From Eledone cirrhosa (lineage: Eukaryota): a stretch of 64,000 nucleotides of DNA. The notes under the pieces are model-generated. The model was not told the DNA's origin. It did not search any database and saw only the letters and a program-made list of their open reading frames with translations. A program made the position numbers and the translations under genes. The stretch lies in assembly GCA_964016885.1 (NCBI GenBank), contig OZ024742.1, forward strand, positions 269,080,001 through 269,144,000. Direction: 5' to 3'. How positions within the stretch are numbered: position 1 is the stretch's first letter; each line of letters opens with the position of its first letter. Shown here piece by piece: positions 54,645 to 64,000 of this stretch.

Positions 54645-56257
54645 TAAATGAGTTTATAAAAAAAGAGTTAATAAATAAATAAAGAGTTAATAAAAATAAA
54701 ACGTCATACTTGTTTTACTCTCCCATTTCCAATTCACCGAACGCTATCATAACTGCATGCGTGTGTTTGTGTAAATGCATATGTGTGAATGTATGTATGT
54801 TTGTGTAAACGTATGTGTGAATGTGTGTTTATGTGAAAGTATGTGTATTTTTCTGAATGTGTGATTGTGTGAAAGTATGTGTATTTATCTGAATGTATGT
54901 CCGTGAGGGTTTATTTTTATAAGGTTGTGTTTGCGCGATTATAGTTATATACTCATAATAGTTATATACTCATACATGTAGGTGAATGCATGTGCACACT
55001 AATACGCGTGAGCGTGTAGAAAATCATAATCTCTCTATCTCTCTCATCACACACTCTCTTTTTCTATATATATGGTAGTTGACGTGGTGGTGGTGGCGAC
55101 AATGTGCCGGAAGTGCAACTTTGAAAAGAAGTCAATTTTAAATTATTTATTTTTATGAAATTATTTATGTTTATGAAATTTAGTATATAAATTATGTAAT
55201 ATTCATTCATTATTTATTCAAAGTAATCCAACATATTTTACTAACTGGATTGAAAGAAATAAACCGTACGCAGTCACGCAGACCTTACTTTATTATAGTT
55301 TATATTTTTATACAAATGAGTTTTTATAAATAAGTATTAAACTCTGTTGTTAACAAATAAATAAAACGTTATACTTGTCTTACCCTCCCATTTCCAATTC
55401 ATCGAATGCTATTATGATGACTCTATGATTGTATGTGTGTGTTTGTGTAAATGTATATGTGTGAATGTATGCCCCTGAGAGTGTAATTTTATAAGTTTGT
55501 GTTTGCGCGATTATAGTTATATACTCCTAATAGTTACATACTCATACGTATAATTATTTGTACGTGCACATAGACTCACATACGCGTCAGCGTATTGAAA
55601 ATCCTAATCATTCTATCTGTATCTCTCTCATCACACACACTCTCTGTTTCTATATATATGGTAGTTGAAGTGGTGGTGGTGGCGGCGATATACCGGAAGT
55701 GTAGACATTTGAAAGTTTGAAAAGAAGTCAATTTTAAATAAGCAATAAAATTATTTATTTTGAATTTAATAAAAAAAAAAAGAAATTTAGTGCATTAATT
55801 ATGTAAGATTCATTCATTATTTACTGAAATTAATTGTTTCTACTTTTGGCACAAGGCCAGCAATTACCCAGTGCATTACTGGTACTTTATTTTATCGACC
55901 CCGTAAGGATGAAAGGCAAAGTCAACCTCGGCGGGATTTGAACTCAGATCGTAAAGGGACGTAATTATTTATTGAAATTAATGGCGGTGGATTGGCAGTA
56001 TCAGTAGAGGGGCGGACGCCATGCTTTGACGCATAGAGTTACGGCCCTTGCCATTGTGAGTTCAAATCCCGCCGATGTGAACTTTGCCTTTGGTCCTTAC
56101 GGGGGCGATGAAATAAGGTACCAGTAATGTACTGGGTAATTGCTGGCGTTGTGCCAGAAGTAGAAACAATTATTTATTGAATGTAATCCAACTTACTGGA
56201 TTAAAAGAAACAAACCGTACGCAGTCCCGCACGCCTTACTTTATCATAGTTAAGATT
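54645..56257 (+). repeat. Tandem duplicated ~650-bp unit (54645-55300 and 55316-56257); possible Helentron/HINE-type 3' part
   Basis: Both units share aataaaacgt.atacttgt, ggtagttga.gtggtggtggtggcg and aaaccgtacgcagtc.cgca..ccttacttta...atag; possible ACTAG..CCCGCG 5' end at 53053. Confidence 0.7.
55830..56175. mobile_element. Head-to-head SINE pair (55830-55965 minus; 55983-56172 plus)
   Basis: Both match the SINE consensus; inserted in the second tandem unit only. Confidence 0.85.
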
Positions 56258-56380
56258 TCAACGGTCCTCCCATGCAACCAAGATGTGTTGTTGTTATGAA
56301 AACGGTATCCTCAGATGAAATCCGATTTAGTGCTGTGCTACCGGTAGGACGATAAACACAGGTCTATCTGCTCTTGTATT

Positions 56381-56427
<47 letters not shown>

Positions 56428-56527
56428 CTGGTATGAGTAACCTTGAGCCAATCCGCTGGGAAACGCTCGTAACAGGTCGATACGCAAAACATATTTTTCA
56501 TTCATAGGTAAATGAAACTTCCTCGTT

Positions 56528-56578
<51 letters not shown>

Positions 56579-56603
56579 AGAAATTAAAAAAGGTCCATAT
56601 ATA

Positions 56604-56666
56604 TTATTATGCGCATTTCAAAAACAAATATCATTATGGGACGATAGTTACGTTCTCATCAGATAA
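56604..56666 (-). ncRNA. Type I hammerhead ribozyme
   Basis: TTAT-CTGATGA-GAACGTAACTATCGT(cccata)ATGATATTTGTTTTT-GAAA-TGCGCATA-ATAA; palindromic stem III. Confidence 0.75.
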
Positions 56667-57119
56667 AATAAGGTAACATGATATGATGACTAAAAAACAC
56701 TTGTGAACAAGGAACTGTTCAGTCAACATATGAGGAATAAATGTAAAAGGTTATAGAAGTTTCGAAAAAAAAGGAAGGAAGAGGAAAAATGAAAAAGAAG
56801 AAGATAACGGAGGAAACATTGAAGAAGGAATGAGGAGAGAGAAAGAGAAAGGATAGAGAGAGACATTTAAAATGGAAACGCTGTCAAAACTGAAAAACAA
56901 CTGAATAACGGCTGAAAAAAATATATATAGGGCGACTAAATAAATAAATTAATAAATCGATGCAGTTTACGATTGATGATGTTTATGATTACAGATATAG
57001 AAACTAGGTATATTATTTATTTAGGGTTTATATACTAAAATATTTATTACGCGGTGTGAAAATGGATTATTAAAATAAAATAAAATAAAATAAAATAAGA
57101 TAAAATTAAGTAAAATAAG

Positions 57120-57310
57120 CGTGGCCCCGCCACGCTTTTTGGAACGCTTCAAAAGGCATGCTTGCTGGGAAGAGCAAGAACCATCCTATACGTCCTGAAT
57201 ATCTGAGGCTGCAGGTAGTGGCTTGATATTCATTTCAACAAACTTTCCAATTAACTAACATCAATGACTGAGACTCAAAGACCAATAATAATAATAATAA
57301 TAATAATATA
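57120..57310 (+). mobile_element. R4/Dong LINE 3' end
   Basis: Matches 30195-30375 (cttcaaaaggcatgcttgctggga...gagactcaaaga.c(aat)n). Confidence 0.88.
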
Positions 57311-57339
57311 AATAACAATAATAATAGTTTAAACACGAA

Positions 57340-57770
57340 TAATAGTAGAACGTCTTTAAATAACAATGATAATTGTATAATGTCTGTAAATAACATTCAG
57401 AAGAAATTTAATTGTAGAAATAGGTCTGAATGCCCTTTACAAAATAATTCCTTTGATAAAAATCTAGTATATAAATGTATCATTAAGGTAAATTATAATA
57501 TATATAACTACATAGGTGCCACTTTATCTAAATTTAAGGAACGTTGGAATAATCACAGCGATACTTTTAATATAGCAGATAAAATATTTTCAACTTCACT
57601 TTCACAATTAATCTGGTCTTTAATGGACAATCATATTAAACACTCCATCTCTTGGAGGAAATTACGAATGTAACATCCTACCGGAACTCAACAATCCCAG
57701 AACTTTGCCATCTTTGCAATGAAGAGATTCTTCAGATAATCACAAACTATGACAATTTAATCAACAAAAA
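57340..57770 (+). mobile_element. Naiad-type PLE GIY-YIG fragment
   Basis: NCRNRSECPLQ...NLVYKC...YIGAT..KFKERWNNH...TSLSQLIW...CHLCNEE. Confidence 0.85.
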
Positions 57771-57958
57771 TAATTGTTTCTACTTTTGGCACAAGGCTAT
57801 CAATTATCCCAGTGTATTACTGGTACTTTATTTTATCGACCCCGTATGTATGAAAGGCAAAGTTAACCTCGGCGGTATTTGAACTCACACCACAAAGGGG
57901 CGTAACTCTATGCTGCAAAGCATGGCGTCCGACCTTCTACTAATACTGCCAATCCCCC
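57770..57958 (-). mobile_element. tRNA-derived SINE
   Basis: Matches the SINE consensus. Confidence 0.85.
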
Positions 57959-58757
57959 GTTACCCAACAAAAATAATGAATTATTTAGTAGTTGTCATTA
58001 TAAAATTGGTAAAACTTTCCAGGCAATGTACCAGTTCCAAAAAAATAAAGACCAATAACACTTTAAATATATGTAAATTTTACCTAATTGAAGTAATAAT
58101 TTATAGATATTTATATCTAATAGAATAACCTCATTGAGAGTTTTATTATCCTATGCTTCTATTAGGATAGTTCAATATTTAATTATACATCAATTAGGAC
58201 ATATACAATAGATAATATAAGGTTTTTAAATATCGCTGTGCGTGAGAGTAGAGATTCCCTATAAGTTAAAAAATGATTTTACATTGTGCATGAGTTATCT
58301 TCCTTTTGTTAACATTGTCCGTAAATATTTTTGATTAGCTTGAAAAAACATATATAAAATATAAAATATGGATTAATAAATAATGATTAATAGTTTAATA
58401 AAACATAGACTATCATTAAAAGGAAACTATATATATCAGAATAATTAAATACAGAAGTAAATATAACCATTCATTAAATGAAATAAAATATATAGAGAGT
58501 AAATATAACCACAGTTGGATTATAAGAAATAAATGAAAATTAAAAAAATAACGAAGTTTCACAAAAAGTGAATTTTTAAATTTTAAATTAATATAGATAA
58601 TAAATGAACAAAATATATTATATATATTGATGGGGATATATTCATGTTATTATATTTTAATACATATTTAATAATTATTTAATTAGGCTTTAAAGATAAA
58701 TACTTTTAAAGTTGTAGTATAATATTAATAGAATATCTTACCTTATAATAAAAAATT

Positions 58758-58932
58758 ATAATTGTTTCTATTTTAGGCACAAGGCCAGCAATTACCCAGT
58801 GCATTATTGGTACTTTATTTTATCGACCCCGTAAGGATGAAAGGCAAAGTCAACCTCGGCGGGATTTGAACTCAGATCGTAACTATGCTGGAAAGCATTG
58901 CGTCCGACCCTCTACCGATACTGCCAATCCAC
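58758..58932 (-). mobile_element. tRNA-derived SINE
   Basis: Matches the SINE consensus. Confidence 0.85.
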
Positions 58933-59694
58933 AATAAAAAATGATAATAATCTAGAATGAGCTATATTAAATGAAATTAATTTAAACATATAAATTTGTA
59001 ATTAACTTAAATATTTCATTGCTATAGAAAGTACTCTATACCTAATAATATGAATACAATATATACTTATAATTAACTAAATCCTAATCCAATACAACCG
59101 ATATTCACTGATAAATATGAAAACATTTTTAATTTCTAATTTTGTCTATCATTTGAATACAACGTTTTTATATTCTCCCCTCTGATATCTTTTCCTTTTC
59201 CTCTTTTTTTTTTCTTTTTTTTTCTCCCCACATCTTCCCTTTCTTTTGTTTTTATTGCCCTGTTTTTCTCTTATTTTTTTTCTTCTTTTATTCATTTATT
59301 CATTTATTTATTTATTTATTTGTTTCTTTCTAGACTTTTCTTTCTTTGCATTTTCCATCTCAATTCCCCTTCTATATTTCTACCTTGCTCCTACTATTTG
59401 TATATAAAAACGTTGAGGATTGGTGAAATAGGTCACTGCCATTATTGGAATTGAATAATCAAAACCGTAGCGGTGTGTCGCATATCAAATCTTATATCGT
59501 GTCTGACGAAAACATACTTAAAACGATTGTACTTTGTAATATGTATAATAAAATATATATTTTGATTATGAGAATATTTATCATTTATTAATATTTTGAA
59601 TAATATTACTTACTCCAGGAATAAATAATGTCGAGTGTTTCTAATCTGTTGTAAAATTGTATTCGTTGAGTAATCAACGAACCATATTAATTTT

Positions 59695-59744
<50 letters not shown>

Positions 59745-59889
59745 TGTGTGTGTGTGTAAAATACCCAAAGAACGAAAAAGATATTTTACTCGCAAGACAG
59801 TATCCATCCCATCGTTATTAATAGACAACGGAATAGAACCTGACAAAGCAATAGACATTCAATATTATCCGCCAGAACATCCCACTATT

Positions 59890-60400
59890 GAGACAAAATC
59901 CAAGAATGAAAAATAGCACAAGAAACACAAAATAATCAAAAGCAAAATGACAATAAATATCGCTTAACATCCACTCATCAGTGTAAAGTTATTCACAACA
60001 AACACTACAGTAACAGCCAATATATGTGGTCACTCTAATTGTATAAATGTAAATCAAGGGAAACATTCTTCTTTAAAAATCTGTTCACCTATTCAACAAA
60101 ATGTTAATGTATGCCATTACATGTAAAGTGTGTAACGAAGATTATATATGGCAAACCAAAACTGACAATCAGAAACAGAATGACTTTTCACTGCCAACAA
60201 TTTACGTGACCGCACCACAAGACAGATACCAGTTATTGAGCATTAGACCTTGGTGAGGCGAACAGATCCCTCAAATTCCAGGTTTTTCCATCATTCCGTT
60301 GCACAGATAATGTTACAGATTAAACACTAATAAATAAATAAATTATGTTTATTGAAGAATAGAAACCAAGTCTGAATAAACTCTAACTACCCATACAGAT
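59890..60400 (+). mobile_element. Degraded Neptune-like PLE GIY-YIG fragment
   Basis: MYAITCKVCNEDYIWQT...[11 protein letters not shown]; ~65 bp of it is duplicated at 62093-62157. Confidence 0.6.
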
Positions 60401-61299
60401 AGACAAACGAAACAGTCTCTAACTTTTAAATGGGATTATTAACCTAATTTCTATAGTTTTTGTTGTTGCCATTATTATTGTTATCACACGACCTTTTGTA
60501 CTTGAAGCGAGAAATGAATAACCACTATGGTTACACATGAACACACACAAACAGACCAAACAAGAATATATAAAATAAAATGTTTTCATTCAAATTACAG
60601 AAAATATGTTTGTGCCCCGACTACTTACTGAATTATAATAACCCATATACGCACACCGCGCACACATAAAATCACGGACAAACACGTACACAGAAAAACA
60701 CACACAGACACGTGCAATTCTTGTTCATTTTGCTGATTGGATCAGCACTATTATAGTTGTCATTATGAAAGTGATGTTAATGGTAACAATAATTATAAAT
60801 ATTATTTCTATTTGTGTTGTTACTGTTATTCGGACGTAGCAACAAACAATAAAAATATAACTATCACATGTCATAAAAAACATTCCTGTACTTTTGAATT
60901 CTGAGGATTGCCGCACAGATAATACCAGGTCCCTTGTCAATTGAACGCAACTTGAATGAATTGCTACTGTCCATATACACTGAACACAGACAGTTGCGAA
61001 TTTTGGCGTGAAATTGCCAAAACATTCGATGCTTCATCATGTGATCTTCCTCAACCTATTAAATTCCACTTTAAACACATAGCAATCTGAGACATATATT
61101 TTGCGAGAAATTAAAGAAATTTCTAATATCGCGTACTTGCGAATTACAATCATTTCTCTGTCTCTCTTAACTTTTGAAACTCATGAAACTTGTAAAACTG
61201 AAAAGGTGTACATAAACCTTCTTGAAACTCAAATTGCATGTTCAACTTCATTTTTTCAACATTGCACTCGATAGTTCTACGGCGTGGATGGAATGAAAA

Positions 61300-61935
61300 T
61301 CAGTGCTCCAGAAACTGCGGCACGCATCCTCTCAAGGAAACCCGCGCAGTGCATTCTACATGTGAATGGAGTTCCACGAAGCATGTAGAGAGGTTCGTGT
61401 AGCTCGAGGCCGTGTTCACGAGAGATGGAAAGCAGGAAGCTGAATTAAGTGCAAGAATTGCATGAGCTGGTGCCGTAATGCGCCATATTCTGCATTCGGT
61501 AAACTGAAAGAAGGACGGTGTAAAAGCCAAACTCTCGATCTTCTGTTAGGTATCCGTCTCAACCATTAACTTTCTTCATGAAACTTGAGTAAGAACCGAA
61601 ACAATACGATCACAATTACGAGTAGCCAAAATGGGGTTAACCCGAAAGGGTTTTGGAGCAACTCGATAGAGCCCGTAGCTAGAAGATCAGAGAATCATTC
61701 CAGGTAGAGCCGCAACGTTTCCGAATTGAGTGATCATAGCTCCAATACAATGGTCATGTAGTTAGAATGATTCAGGAAAGAATCGCTTCTCATATTTTAC
61801 GGGCAAGAGGCCCAGAGATCGACCCCGAGCAAGACCCATAAGCGTGGCTGATCTCGCTTGGGGGTAACCGGATCAGTTAAAGTCGGTTATATCACACAGG
61901 GCCCGCTGGAAGGGATTTTTGAGGACTCTGTCCCC
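61300..61935 (+). mobile_element. RTE-clade LINE 3' fragment
   Basis: HVERFV*LEAVFTRDGKQEAELSARIA*AGAVMRH. Confidence 0.72.
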
Positions 61936-62156
61936 ATGACGTCCTCAGGAATAATTGAGCAAAGAAGAAGAAGAAGAAGAAGAAGATATATCTATGTATA
62001 TATATATATATATATATAGGCATATATATATCGTCAGTGGTGTTATATATATTTTTTTCCTCCTGTTGTGTTGTATGTCTACGCCATTTTTTATTATATA
62101 TGGCAAACCAAAACTGGCAATCAGAAACAGAATGACTTTTCACTGCCAACAATTTA

Positions 62157-63664
<1,508 letters not shown>

Positions 63665-63736
63665 TCGGGAACAATTTTGACTAGCGCAAGTTCGTAATTT
63701 GAACTCGGGAATTTTATATTCTCCGAGTGAAAAGAT

Positions 63737-63821
63737 CCTTCTGACGAGAGTTTATCTTTGCAGAGGATGACCGCAAGGACTATCCATTTATTTTTGATAC
63801 TCTAAACCGATTCGGTAAAGG
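63737..63821 (+). ncRNA. Hammerhead ribozyme with core G12 mutation and long stem-II insert
   Basis: CCTT-CTGACGA-GAGT...ACTC-TAAAC-CGATTCG-GTA-AAGG. Confidence 0.7.
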
Positions 63822-64000
63822 TAGCCATAGTGAGTACAGTTAATTTTTTTTAATTTATTTTCAAACTTTTATTTATTTGCTAAACCTTGATTATATATGT
63901 TCTGGGTCGTTAATTTATTAACCTGCCATTGAACCACATTGGCATATGGTTGGTAAATACATGTGTCCCTAGACGCTTTTTGCGTGTAGGGATATATACT

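Noticed and set aside
56255-60960. Additional hammerhead-like cores (56255-56320 minus, 56440-56475, 59503-59535, 60901-60950)
   Set aside because: Core boxes are incomplete or the stems do not pair; not counted as ribozymes.

Overview
AT-rich animal DNA packed with microsatellites. I found no convincing host gene. The SINE family, the (TA)n/(CA)n load and the repeat mix suggest an octopus or other cephalopod (inference). The window is almost entirely nested retroelements in two target niches. (1) (TA)n arrays hold Penelope-like elements (PLEs): Naiad-type and Neptune/Nematis-type RT and GIY-YIG fragments, one nearly intact ORF at 47.6-49.7 kb, and many non-coding PLE-end remnants. (2) (TAA)n arrays hold R4/Dong-like LINEs, Tx1/L1-clade LINEs and a tRNA-derived SINE. 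RTE, CRE and possibly Helentron-type remnants also occur. The strongest hidden signal is about ten type-I hammerhead ribozyme motifs (five or six with intact cores and stems). Many sit in fold-back insertions with arms from about 45 bp to about 700 bp, including a micro-family whose palindrome axis falls in the hammerhead stem-II loop. Other notable points: an ORF1 swap between two Tx1 copies, a possible 51/52-nt ORF1-ORF2 intron, a 3' tail shared between the SINE and Tx1, a chimeric two-family PLE, and a palindromic higher-order (TA)n array. Coordinates were read by eye and may be off by a few bases.
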